The notes under the pieces were generated by a model. That model searched no databases and had not been told where the DNA came from. It worked only from the letters and a program-made list of their open reading frames with translations. Shown here piece by piece: positions 40,559 to 50,225 of a DNA stretch of 64,000 nucleotides (position 1 is its first letter; each line of letters begins with the position of its first letter). This DNA is from Promethearchaeota archaeon (GTDB lineage Archaea; Asgardarchaeota; Lokiarchaeia; Sigyniarchaeales; SOKP01). The position numbers and the translations under genes are program-made. Location: positions 80,922 to 144,921 of the forward strand of contig JAGXNO010000003.1 in the NCBI GenBank assembly GCA_019894975.1, read 5' to 3'.

Positions 40559-41491
40559 ATGATAGAATTGATGTTTAAAATTGGATCCCCATTAGTTTTA
40601 TTGATACTTCTTATAATTATTCTAATTAGCGGAAGGTCAAATAGAAGAGCAGAACAAGAATTCATGTCTAGTGATGATTTTATAAAAGATTGGCTAAAAG
40701 ATCACGGGCAAGCTCGTAAGGTGGAAGAACAATTAGCTAAAATGAAGAAGGATCCCGCAGGTCGAGTATATATGCCATTAACTTATAAAGGTGCAAAAAT
40801 CTTTATAAAATGGGGTTTAAGCCCCAATAAAGTATCTATTATGAATTTGTTATTTTCATTCTTGATATTTTATGGTGTGGTATTAGTGGGCCAAGGACAT
40901 ACGCTAGACATTCTTACTCAACAACCAATCTATGGATTCTGGCTTGTTCCTCTTGCCTTATTAGTTTTATTTACGGGATTGATCGATGGAATTGATGGTG
41001 CTATAGCAAGATTACTAGATACAAAGTCTAAAAGTGGAGCGTGGTTCGATAATATAATAGATAGAGTTAGTGATACATTAATGTTGGTATGTTTAATTCC
41101 AACTAACCTTTCAATCTTATCTGGCAGTGGGTACGATTTCAAATGGGTGATTTGGACGAACATATTTATAATCTTCCTCTATGAATATATGAGAGCTAGA
41201 CATGAGGGTTTAGGTTTACATGAAACCAAGCCATTTGTTGGGGAAAGAGTAACAAGAATATCAATAATCTGTACATTTTTTGCAATTTATGGGGTTTCAA
41301 GCCTTGCAGTACTCATTACAAATTTAATTAATCCCGATACCGCGTCAATCTGGGAATCTTCCCATACAGGAATAACTACATGGTGTATGTTCATTTTTCA
41401 AATCACTTTGTTACTTATTATGCTATATTCCGTAATAGGATTTGGAAAATATATCTGGAAAAACCTAAAAAAAATGGATAACGAAAACTAG
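40559..41491 (+). CDS. CDP-alcohol phosphatidyltransferase
   Basis: Signature DGIDGAIAR..SKSGAWFDNIIDR; SPN motif. Confidence 0.9.
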   Translation: MIELMFKIGSPLVLLILLIIILISGRSNRRAEQEFMSSDDFIKDWLKDHGQARKVEEQLAKMKKDPAGRVYMPLTYKGAKIFIKWGLSPNKVSIMNLLFSFLIFYGVVLVGQGHTLDILTQQPIYGFWLVPLALLVLFTGLIDGIDGAIARLLDTKSKSGAWFDNIIDRVSDTLMLVCLIPTNLSILSGSGYDFKWVIWTNIFIIFLYEYMRARHEGLGLHETKPFVGERVTRISIICTFFAIYGVSSLAVLITNLINPDTASIWESSHTGITTWCMFIFQITLLLIMLYSVIGFGKYIWKNLKKMDNEN

Positions 41492-41507
41492 ATATGAGAT
41501 ATAAATA

Positions 41508-42860
41508 ATGAAATTATCAAAACTTCTATTATATGGATCTATATGTGTAGTATTTTTTGTTCTCTTACACATGTATCTCCCACCAATTTTTTCATCAGGT
41601 GTGAAAAGAGCTATTGATCGATTTATTCTTGATCCCTTAACTAATTGGTTATTTGTATTTCCCCTATTCGGCTTAATAATGTTACTAGGATTTGTAATTT
41701 ATTATATGATTCATTTCTTAGCATCTTTTGGGAGAGGATATAAAGTTAAGAACGAATATAACGCGAAGGTTAGTATATTAATCGCATCTAAAAATGAAAA
41801 GATACTATTGGAAAGAACATTAAATTCTATCCTTAAATCAACTTATCCAAAGGAGAATATCCAGATAATCATAATAACAAGCGGATCAACAGATGATACA
41901 ACAGAATTTTCAAAAAACTTTGCTAAAGAAAATAATATGATAGATATCGAGGTTTTATCGGAAAATCTTCCTAAAATGGGAAAGCCTCCAGCCTTAAATT
42001 ATGGATTAAAATATGTAAAAAATGATATCGTTGTACTCTATGATTCTGGATGCATTTTAGAGCCAAAAGCTCTTAGTAATTTGATAGCACCATTTCAAGA
42101 TGACAAGATTAAGGCAGTCATTGGACCCGTTTTGGTAGAAAATTGGAAGATAAACAAATTAACTCGAGGGATTTATCTTGATTACGCTATGATTTCTGGT
42201 GGAGGTATCTCATTCGAGATTAAAAATCGGTTAGGATCGTCTGCTTATGCATTTGGGAGAAATTTTGCAGTAACTACTAAGCAACTTCTAAAATATGGAG
42301 GTTTTAATGAAGATTCAATGACAGAGGATCTTTATCTTTCGGTATTACTAAATTTAGATGGGATTAACATATTTTTTTCACCAAAAGCAAGAGTTTTTGA
42401 ATATGTGCCCACTAAATGGAAAATATTAGTAAAGCAACGTACGCGATGGCTTGCAGGATATGTTTTTGATATGCCACAATTAATGTCTATGAAAGGCGAA
42501 GAAAAAAGCGGAAAATCAATTATTATCTCAAGAAATATGACAATGATGCTTATTGGAAATTTAGATACGTGGATCCCTATTGTAATAGGATTTGCAATAT
42601 TACAATTTCTAACTGGAGAGTGGTATTTATTAACTTGGACCCTCTCCTGTTTAATCTTTCAATTTGGGTTCTTATTTAATGCTGTGCGTAAATATGGTGA
42701 TGGTCATTATAGTATTTTGTTCTTTTTTCTCGTTAGCGCATTTATCCATCTTTATATGTTTTTACGACAGTTCCGACTTCCAAAGGAGATCAGTTGGGAA
42801 AAAACTCCCATGATTTTAGAAAAACAAGAAGATGAAATTAAAGCTCTATCAGGTAAATAA
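41508..42860 (+). CDS. Membrane GT2 glycosyltransferase (cellulose-synthase-like)
   Basis: GKPPALN, TED, QRTRW (QxxRW), TM helices at both ends. Confidence 0.88.
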   Translation: MKLSKLLLYGSICVVFFVLLHMYLPPIFSSGVKRAIDRFILDPLTNWLFVFPLFGLIMLLGFVIYYMIHFLASFGRGYKVKNEYNAKVSILIASKNEKILLERTLNSILKSTYPKENIQIIIITSGSTDDTTEFSKNFAKENNMIDIEVLSENLPKMGKPPALNYGLKYVKNDIVVLYDSGCILEPKALSNLIAPFQDDKIKAVIGPVLVENWKINKLTRGIYLDYAMISGGGISFEIKNRLGSSAYAFGRNFAVTTKQLLKYGGFNEDSMTEDLYLSVLLNLDGINIFFSPKARVFEYVPTKWKILVKQRTRWLAGYVFDMPQLMSMKGEEKSGKSIIISRNMTMMLIGNLDTWIPIVIGFAILQFLTGEWYLLTWTLSCLIFQFGFLFNAVRKYGDGHYSILFFFLVSAFIHLYMFLRQFRLPKEISWEKTPMILEKQEDEIKALSGK

Positions 42861-42915
42861 TCTTTTTATTTTTTTATTGTTTTATTATTTCTAAAAATAA
42901 TCTTTATTTGTTAAA

Positions 42916-44214
42916 ATGTTAAAGTTGAAAGATCACCTACCCGACGAGCTAAGAACAAAATATTTTGATTTTGAATCTCGTGACTACTCTGATGATAAAT
43001 TTTGTAACGATTTGTTGGATCAATTAAAATTATCTTATAAAAATTGTAATTATTTTAAGGAAAAGCTCTGTAAGAAATTCGAGTTTGCTATTCCTGATGA
43101 GTTAACCGTTGAAGATTTAGATAAAATCCCATTTATTCCAACAGAAGCTTATAAAAAATCAGCAAACAGAACTCTTCTGTTACTGAAAGTTCCCCTTGAT
43201 GATATCACGCTTTTTTCTTGTTCATCTTCTACTACTGGAGATCCTTCGATTGTACCTCGGTCATTGGAAGATTTTGATCAAATACAATATAATTCAATTA
43301 AAGTCTTCACAGAATTTTTTGATTGGAAGGATCTAAAAGTAGGCTCGAAGAGATGCTTAGTGTTCAACTTTGCTCCAGATCGCTTTTTCATGTCATTAAT
43401 GGCTAAACGGACTTTAAAAGAATTTGAATACGTTGACAAAACTCGTTATTTTACAGCATGCATGAACAAACCCTGGGAATATTATGGACATGAAGAATAT
43501 ATGGTAAAATTTAAACTTTTAAAAACAATTTGGGCAATAATTTCAACGTTTTCAGTAAGAGGAGGTTTTATTTTAGACGTTAGTAAAATGTTAAAGATGG
43601 TGAGCAAAATTTTAAAGAAAGGGTCTTGGAAAGACACAGAGGTGAGTAGAATTATATTTGGTGGAAGTCCTCTTTTAATGAATAATATGTTTGAGAAACG
43701 GTTGCTAAAAGAAAATGAATTCTTTGATCTTGATGGAAAATCTTTTGTTGGCTGTGGTGGTGGAGGATGGGATGGTATTAAAGGTGAAGCGAAGATGGAT
43801 CGAGTGAATAAAGTTAAATTTATTGAAAATTATGAAAAAGTCTTTAATATTAAACCAAAAAATATCTCCGATATTTATGCATTCACCGAAGGACCAACTC
43901 TTTTTGGAGGACATTGGTCTGAGAAATATCAAGATTTTTTACTACACTGTCCTGATACTTCTCGAATAATTGTAAGGGATCTTGAAAATTTAGAAGCTGT
44001 TAATAATGGAGAAGAAGGACTATTAGAAGTTCTTACACCTTATGGGGTTAATGGTACAATTAATCAAGCGGTTTTAGTTGATGATATTGTAGACTTAATC
44101 TCACAAACGAAGTGTCCAGAGTGTGGTTATGAAGGAGCTACCTTTCGGATAATAGGGAGACTAAAAAATGCTCAAGGAAAAAGCTGTTCTTCTTTGATTG
44201 ATTGGATCTATTAA
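42916..44214 (+). CDS. LuxE-like acyl-protein synthetase
   Basis: IPFIP, SSSTTGDPS, GGGGWDG, YAFTE, GLLEVLTPY, C-terminal GR..GKSCS. Confidence 0.75.
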   Translation: MLKLKDHLPDELRTKYFDFESRDYSDDKFCNDLLDQLKLSYKNCNYFKEKLCKKFEFAIPDELTVEDLDKIPFIPTEAYKKSANRTLLLLKVPLDDITLFSCSSSTTGDPSIVPRSLEDFDQIQYNSIKVFTEFFDWKDLKVGSKRCLVFNFAPDRFFMSLMAKRTLKEFEYVDKTRYFTACMNKPWEYYGHEEYMVKFKLLKTIWAIISTFSVRGGFILDVSKMLKMVSKILKKGSWKDTEVSRIIFGGSPLLMNNMFEKRLLKENEFFDLDGKSFVGCGGGGWDGIKGEAKMDRVNKVKFIENYEKVFNIKPKNISDIYAFTEGPTLFGGHWSEKYQDFLLHCPDTSRIIVRDLENLEAVNNGEEGLLEVLTPYGVNGTINQAVLVDDIVDLISQTKCPECGYEGATFRIIGRLKNAQGKSCSSLIDWIY

Positions 44215-44282
44215 TCCTACTAGGATTTATGACACTCTTTTTACTTATAATTACTTTAGTTAAAAAAATAAAAAATAAAAAA

Positions 44283-45689
44283 TTATTCATCTACAAGTCC
44301 ATATTTTGAAAGTCCTTTTCTCATATCAGCTTGAAAAGCCCCAGGAGTCCCTTCTATGAACGCGTTAGTTATATCTTGATTCTCAACAATAGTTGAAGCT
44401 CTTTTATTTGCTTTCTCTTCGGCAAGTGATGAAATTGCCATTCTTGCCATCTGTTGAAACTGAGGGGGTGATAACTCAATAAGAGCTTCAAAAATTTCCT
44501 TTGTCTCGCTATCCCAATCTAGCCCGGATTTTTTAAGTTCCTTTGGTTTAGCTGATTCGAGCCCAAATTCACGACTGGTCACAATATCATCCATATACTC
44601 TTTTAATGATACCACATATCTTTGAGATTCTTCACTGTTTAGCTTTACTGCTTTTTTTGCCCATTCTTCACAATAATTACATTCATTACACATTGCTAAG
44701 CAGTTTTGCTTCTTAAAAAAGTCTATGAACCCATCCAATTTGGTGTTGTCAATTATTAGTTTAGATTTTGATTCTTCACCAATTGTTTCAGTTAATTTCA
44801 CATTGGGGTCTTTTTGTTCTAAACCCCCAAAAGACATTGAGAATCCTTGAATTATATCTATAAGATTTCCATCGTACTTTCGCGAAGAGAAAGCTTTTAC
44901 AGATCTAGCAATCCATTGGGTTGACATACGGCGACCAGCTATTTTAAAATTATCTATTCCAATCGCTTCATAATGAGACAAATCTTCAGGTCGAACCCAT
45001 CTTGCTTTGATAACTTCAGTAGGATCAGAGAATTTGATAATACTACAGTTTAAGATGCACGTATCAATATAGTTACGCTCAAATTGTTGATGTGTTTGTG
45101 AAGCGTGTCCTAAGGTATTATAATGATATTGTCTAAAGGGACATTGATATAAACACCCATCAGTTAAAAGTACAATAATCTTACACTTCACAGCTTTTTT
45201 TATTTGTTCCAATGTCTTAAAATCACGATTTATCATCACTCCAAGAGTAATTTCATCTGCTCCTAGGTTTTCATAAAACATAGCTCGATTAACACTATTC
45301 ACGTGAGCAATTGTAGAGACACGTATTTTTAGTTTTGGAAATTGTTCTTTAATGAGTTGTATTAAAAATGGAATCGATACTGTCACGCTATCGGCTCCGA
45401 TATCACTAATCCATTGTAGATATTTAAGTAATTCTTTATGATAATGTGGATCATATTCCATATTATTCATACATGGTGCATTAAGGAGATAAGAAAATTC
45501 CATATCTTTATCATGAACTTTCCTTATATAATCCGCGATATCTTCTTCGGATATTTGCTGCAATAAAAAAGACGGACGACCCCCTCCTACAATTGTGTGA
45601 TCTGAAACACCATATACCCCAGATACAGGATACTGAGCCAACTCATCAATTAGTGTTAAATCCCAATTTGTAGCAACATGAAGTTTTAT
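44283..45689 (-). CDS. U32-family Fe-S protein (putative O2-independent hydroxylase) with C-terminal shared helical domain, probable ATA start
   Basis: IKLHVATNWD N-terminus in frame upstream of TTG 45641; GGGR, YLLNAPC, CLYQCPF, WVRPED, FKIAGR. AGGTGA-gatag-ATA with an in-frame TAG just before. Confidence 0.82.
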   Translation of the reverse strand: MKLHVATNWDLTLIDELAQYPVSGVYGVSDHTIVGGGRPSFLLQQISEEDIADYIRKVHDKDMEFSYLLNAPCMNNMEYDPHYHKELLKYLQWISDIGADSVTVSIPFLIQLIKEQFPKLKIRVSTIAHVNSVNRAMFYENLGADEITLGVMINRDFKTLEQIKKAVKCKIIVLLTDGCLYQCPFRQYHYNTLGHASQTHQQFERNYIDTCILNCSIIKFSDPTEVIKARWVRPEDLSHYEAIGIDNFKIAGRRMSTQWIARSVKAFSSRKYDGNLIDIIQGFSMSFGGLEQKDPNVKLTETIGEESKSKLIIDNTKLDGFIDFFKKQNCLAMCNECNYCEEWAKKAVKLNSEESQRYVVSLKEYMDDIVTSREFGLESAKPKELKKSGLDWDSETKEIFEALIELSPPQFQQMARMAISSLAEEKANKRASTIVENQDITNAFIEGTPGAFQADMRKGLSKYGLVDE

Positions 45690-45706
45690 CTATCTCACCT
45701 TGTTTT

Positions 45707-46096
45707 TTATTTTTGGATAGCTTTTTCATGAGCTTTGGCATTAAGTGGCAATAATGGCGCACATGCCATAAGCTTAGTAGGATCACCATCAACATCATAT
45801 GTTCCAGCCATTGTTGCTTCAATAGGATTTGTTTCTCCCGAATTTACCTTTTTAATAACTTCGAAATTCGTTTTATGAATAACTTTTGGCACATCAGGTC
45901 CACTATATTCGCCCATTCCCCAACTCATTTTATTTTCTTCGATCGATTGCCAATAGTCCATCTCTGGACGATCTTTAATTTTATATTGAAAAACTAACGG
46001 TGCGATGGGTTTCAATAGAACTGCTAAATCGGGCAATTCGTTATAGGCTTTCATGAAGCTATCAAGATATGCTTCCCATTCTTCCTTTGTATCCAT
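45707..46096 (-). CDS. SCP2 sterol/lipid-carrier domain protein
   Basis: SGETNPIEATMAGTYDVDGDPTKLM matches the SCP2 C-terminal pattern. ATG 46096 has an upstream GAGGT. Confidence 0.75.
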   Translation of the reverse strand: MDTKEEWEAYLDSFMKAYNELPDLAVLLKPIAPLVFQYKIKDRPEMDYWQSIEENKMSWGMGEYSGPDVPKVIHKTNFEVIKKVNSGETNPIEATMAGTYDVDGDPTKLMACAPLLPLNAKAHEKAIQK

Positions 46097-46157
46097 TTTA
46101 TCTTTTACCTCCTTTTTTTGGTTTATTATTTTTTTGATTTTATCTATTAGAAAAAAA

Positions 46158-47330
46158 TTATTTTGAAAATTCAAGTCCTGCTTTGGCACCCATCAATAAG
46201 AAATCTACCATAGTCCCATTATAATCATTTTCGATCTTATAATAAAGACTATCTGGTGTGAAAGTTACTCCATAAATAAACTTATGAACATCACTTTGGA
46301 AGGGAGATTCCTTAGTAAATTTTTGTATTAATGGATGTAGATGCACTGGAACTTCTTTACCATTATGGCATGTCATACCAAAACACAATCGTTCGATTTT
46401 TTCAGAATCCCAACTAAAGCTATAATTAAGGTGTACAGCATTACAACAATATTTCAATATTTCTTCTGATGGAACTTTGAAACCTAAATCTTCTATAAGC
46501 CTTTTACACTTATCAACACTTGTTTTAGAGGGATCCTTTAACATAAAATAGATATTCGTCGTGTTATGTGAGAAATCAAAAGCAAACAGCGCTAGTGTAG
46601 TCAATCCATGCTTTTTGAAATAATTCTCATACTTTTTAATACTTTCTGGTGCAAAATTCATAGAAAAAAGTGGATCAATTGAACCTGGTATTATAAAAGG
46701 CCATATCTTTGAGAATCCTTTTCTTGCATCTATATCTACACCATAACCCATAATATCAAATGTATCCAATGCTTCTACGATCATTTTATGAATTGGATGA
46801 CCATTTTTTTCAATCAATCCTTCCATGACAGCTATTGTATATGGATCAGGATTATGAGGGATCATCATTTCTACATATCTTACAGATACATCTCTTTTTT
46901 CGACCGGTTTTGTGGTGGTTCTAATTGATAAAGATGATCCTAAATAGAACTTTTTATAAGCATTTAGTCCTTTCCAAATAGCTTCTTCATTAAAATTCAC
47001 TTCGGTAAGTTTGCAGAGAGTATGGATATCATTAACCATCTGATGCAGATCATTTGTGAGCTTAAAATCAGAATTCACTTTTGGCAAATATAAATCTACA
47101 TTAACCCCAAGTGCTTTCAAATCTTCAATCATTGTTGGTTGAAAAGCTGGTGGTGTAACTTCAAATAAAGCAACAACTAGATCCATTTCAGTTATGCTTT
47201 TTCCATTTCGTTCTATACATTTTTTTTCTGATGATTCAAGAAGCATCGGTTTTATAACAGGTCTTACCATTTCCGGAATTCTTAGAACCATATCTTCGTA
47301 GAGTTTTTTAATTATTGGTTGCCATTCCAT
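46158..47330 (-). CDS. ABBA-type soluble aromatic prenyltransferase (CloQ/NphB-like) with N-terminal shared helical domain
   Basis: DPYTIAV..HP, YGVD..GFSKIW, GL..FDFSHNTTNIYF, WDSEKIERLCF, YYKIENDY follow the CloQ/NphB barrel pattern. Confidence 0.8.
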   Translation of the reverse strand: MEWQPIIKKLYEDMVLRIPEMVRPVIKPMLLESSEKKCIERNGKSITEMDLVVALFEVTPPAFQPTMIEDLKALGVNVDLYLPKVNSDFKLTNDLHQMVNDIHTLCKLTEVNFNEEAIWKGLNAYKKFYLGSSLSIRTTTKPVEKRDVSVRYVEMMIPHNPDPYTIAVMEGLIEKNGHPIHKMIVEALDTFDIMGYGVDIDARKGFSKIWPFIIPGSIDPLFSMNFAPESIKKYENYFKKHGLTTLALFAFDFSHNTTNIYFMLKDPSKTSVDKCKRLIEDLGFKVPSEEILKYCCNAVHLNYSFSWDSEKIERLCFGMTCHNGKEVPVHLHPLIQKFTKESPFQSDVHKFIYGVTFTPDSLYYKIENDYNGTMVDFLLMGAKAGLEFSK

Positions 47331-47384
47331 TATCTAATTAACCTCTTTATTTAATTTTGGATTTTTTCTTTCTTATATATCATT

Positions 47385-48800
47385 CTAACTTTGATATTTG
47401 GCGAATTGAATCTGGCTCAATTCTGCAAATCCTTCTGGATTATTGAACCCAAGACCGGGTACCATCCACCTTGGGTTTCCTTCACCATATTCTCTTACAA
47501 CTTGGAATAAGTCTATTTCTTTAATTTTCGGGGAGACATAAAATTTAGGTCTCAATAAATTATCTCCTTTTTGGATTACCCCATCTTGTTCGGCAATGAG
47601 TTGAAGAGGAGTATGAGGATATATTCTCATCCCTACAAAGATAATTACATCTCCATCTCCTTGCCACAAATTTCCTTTAAAACTCTCAATAGATTCTAAT
47701 CTGTCAAAAGATGCTCGAACTGTTTTAAGAGTTTCCCCTGGGCCTCCAACAATAATATGAATTAATTGTTCAATTTCTAAATCAGCACATCTTCTAGATG
47801 TGAGGAGTGCTTCATCAGGGGTCCTACTTTTATTCATATTTTTTAACATTTCTTCTGATAATGATTCAATACCAGTGGCAAAGTGTACTGCACCACTTTC
47901 TTTCATTAATGGTAATAAATCAAGAAATTTCATACTTGGAACATAGTTTGCTCCCCACTTAACATTAAGTTTATGATCGATGATCTCTTGGCAAGTTTCT
48001 TTTACGTGATCATAATCTAGATTAAAAATACTATCAACAATAAAGACATTTTTAATCCCATAATTATTAACTATTAAATCCAACTCATCCGCTATGTTTT
48101 CTGGAGAGCGATATCTGACATTAGAGCCTTCTATATATCTATAGCTACAATAAATACAATTCATTGGGCATCCACGTTTAGTTTGAATATTTCCCCATAC
48201 AGGACCTGAACTATTCAAAGGATCTATAAGATATAGATCATTATCCATCAATTCCCTTATTGGTATAGGTAGATCATCGAGATTTTCAACACGCCATGGC
48301 GGTTTTTGATGATAATCCCCATTACTATCCAAATAGCAAACACCTTTACTAACTGTTCTGGGGTCTTCATTATTTTTAATCTTCTTTAGTATTTCAGCGA
48401 ACACATATTCTCCATCACCAACGACACCCAACCTATGGTTCAAATCCTTTAAGATTTCTTCCGAGAAAATAGAAAATCCAGCACCACCTAGAACTATTGG
48501 AATTTGTGGTTCTGCAATTTCTTTAACAAAATTAATAATGTTTCTGACGGGTAGGTAAAAAAATAAATTCCCAGGATAGGTTGTTGAGTCTACATTACGA
48601 ATTGAAATTCCGATAATATGAGGATTGAAATCATTAATAGCTTTCGAAACTTCTTTCTTGTAATCATTGCTAAGAGTTAAATCAATAAACTTAACTTCAT
48701 GACCTATGTGAAGAAGGTGAGCTGCTAGATATGCTTCACCTATTGGAGGCACCATTACATGTACTATCTCTCTACTACCAGAAAAAATCAATACGCGCAT
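47385..48800 (-). CDS. Cobalamin-binding radical SAM enzyme (putative methyltransferase)
   Basis: PPIG..LAA, GISIRNVD, LGGAGFS, GDGE, QTKRGCPMNCIYC, GPGET. Confidence 0.88.
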   Translation of the reverse strand: MRVLIFSGSREIVHVMVPPIGEAYLAAHLLHIGHEVKFIDLTLSNDYKKEVSKAINDFNPHIIGISIRNVDSTTYPGNLFFYLPVRNIINFVKEIAEPQIPIVLGGAGFSIFSEEILKDLNHRLGVVGDGEYVFAEILKKIKNNEDPRTVSKGVCYLDSNGDYHQKPPWRVENLDDLPIPIRELMDNDLYLIDPLNSSGPVWGNIQTKRGCPMNCIYCSYRYIEGSNVRYRSPENIADELDLIVNNYGIKNVFIVDSIFNLDYDHVKETCQEIIDHKLNVKWGANYVPSMKFLDLLPLMKESGAVHFATGIESLSEEMLKNMNKSRTPDEALLTSRRCADLEIEQLIHIIVGGPGETLKTVRASFDRLESIESFKGNLWQGDGDVIIFVGMRIYPHTPLQLIAEQDGVIQKGDNLLRPKFYVSPKIKEIDLFQVVREYGEGNPRWMVPGLGFNNPEGFAELSQIQFAKYQS

Positions 48801-48815
48801 ATTCTCACTCTTACC

Positions 48816-50225
48816 TTACTCAATTAATTCAATTTTTTCTTTTTCAGTTTGTTCTATTTCATGTTCATGATCATTTTCATGCCAACAAAATGGAAATGAC
48901 CCAAAGAAGTCACCTGTAATATATTCAGCAGTTACTCGACATCCCCCACCACAATACTTTAGATGATGGCAAGATGCACATTTTCCAGTTATCTTTTTTC
49001 TATCACGAATGTCTTTATAGATCTGGGAGTTTAAGACATCTTCAAATTTGACTTTTAAAGCATTACCAAGGGTTAAAGTTGTAGGATATCCTGCAGGGTA
49101 TATTGTACCGTCTATACCAACACCCATCATCGTTCTGCAAGCTAAACATCCTACACCCCATTCAATTGCTGCCATTTCCTTATCGTTTTTTGGTTGTTCC
49201 ATGAAGGGAACCATATCATAAATTTCATAAGCAGGTAGTGTACCAGCTTTACCTTGTTTTATAGTCTCAATTGCGTGTTTGTATTTAAAATCATACATCT
49301 TTTTATATTCATCTGTGTTGAGCCCAATTTCACCCCAAAATTCTGCAGCTCGATTTTGTTTAACAACGCATCTAAAATATGGTTGGGAACCCCATTTTTC
49401 GGATAAAGTTTTAAGCTCTTCTAACTCGTTTACATTATGTTTCATTATCGTAATAGACGAGCATACAAAAATTCCATATTTTAAACACAAATCTATAGCT
49501 TTTTTTGCATAATCTAAGGAATTGGGAAATCCACGAATTTCATCATTCTTCTTGGGATCAGCACTATCAAAACTTACAAATATGTGGCTGATATTGTTTT
49601 CCTTGCACATTTTCGCGAATTCTTCGTTAAAGCTAACACCATTAGTAATTAAAGAATGAATGTAGTCATTTTCTTTGCAAAATTTCATAATCTCGCCGAT
49701 ATCTTTACGAAGAGTAGGTTCACCACCGAACCATACGAAACAAGCGTGCCTACCTTGATTTCGCAGTCCCGTCTCAACATTTTCGATTATCTGACACCAT
49801 TGTTCAGTCGATAATTCTGGTCGTGGTATTTGATCATCCGCAGCACAGTGAAGGCATTTTTGGTTACATTTATCGGTAACATACATAGCGAAATGAATGT
49901 TTCCTGGATGAAATCCTCTTTCAATTTTCTCCCATTCAACTTTGAGTCTATCTTTAATTTCTTTAAGCTCTATGTAACGTTCAACATCAATATCTAATGA
50001 TTTTAAATCTTCAACCATAATAGGCTTAAAAGCTTCAGGGATTATGTCAAATATCCCCATGATCACGTCCGCGTCTTTAATATAAGCTCCATTTCGATCT
50101 AGACATCGTTCTTCTGCGGCTTTTACGATCAATGGTTCAACTGAAGGACGAAAACCTTGAGGCATTTGTTCTACGATTCTGCTAAATAATTCTTCTGTTT
50201 CTTTTTCCCATTCCATAAAATTCAT
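48816..50225 (-). CDS. Radical SAM/SPASM enzyme with N-terminal shared helical domain
   Basis: CNQKCLHC, GGEP, CLAC..GTIYPA, KCASCHHLKYCGGGCR..C. Confidence 0.88.
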   Translation of the reverse strand: MNFMEWEKETEELFSRIVEQMPQGFRPSVEPLIVKAAEERCLDRNGAYIKDADVIMGIFDIIPEAFKPIMVEDLKSLDIDVERYIELKEIKDRLKVEWEKIERGFHPGNIHFAMYVTDKCNQKCLHCAADDQIPRPELSTEQWCQIIENVETGLRNQGRHACFVWFGGEPTLRKDIGEIMKFCKENDYIHSLITNGVSFNEEFAKMCKENNISHIFVSFDSADPKKNDEIRGFPNSLDYAKKAIDLCLKYGIFVCSSITIMKHNVNELEELKTLSEKWGSQPYFRCVVKQNRAAEFWGEIGLNTDEYKKMYDFKYKHAIETIKQGKAGTLPAYEIYDMVPFMEQPKNDKEMAAIEWGVGCLACRTMMGVGIDGTIYPAGYPTTLTLGNALKVKFEDVLNSQIYKDIRDRKKITGKCASCHHLKYCGGGCRVTAEYITGDFFGSFPFCWHENDHEHEIEQTEKEKIELIE

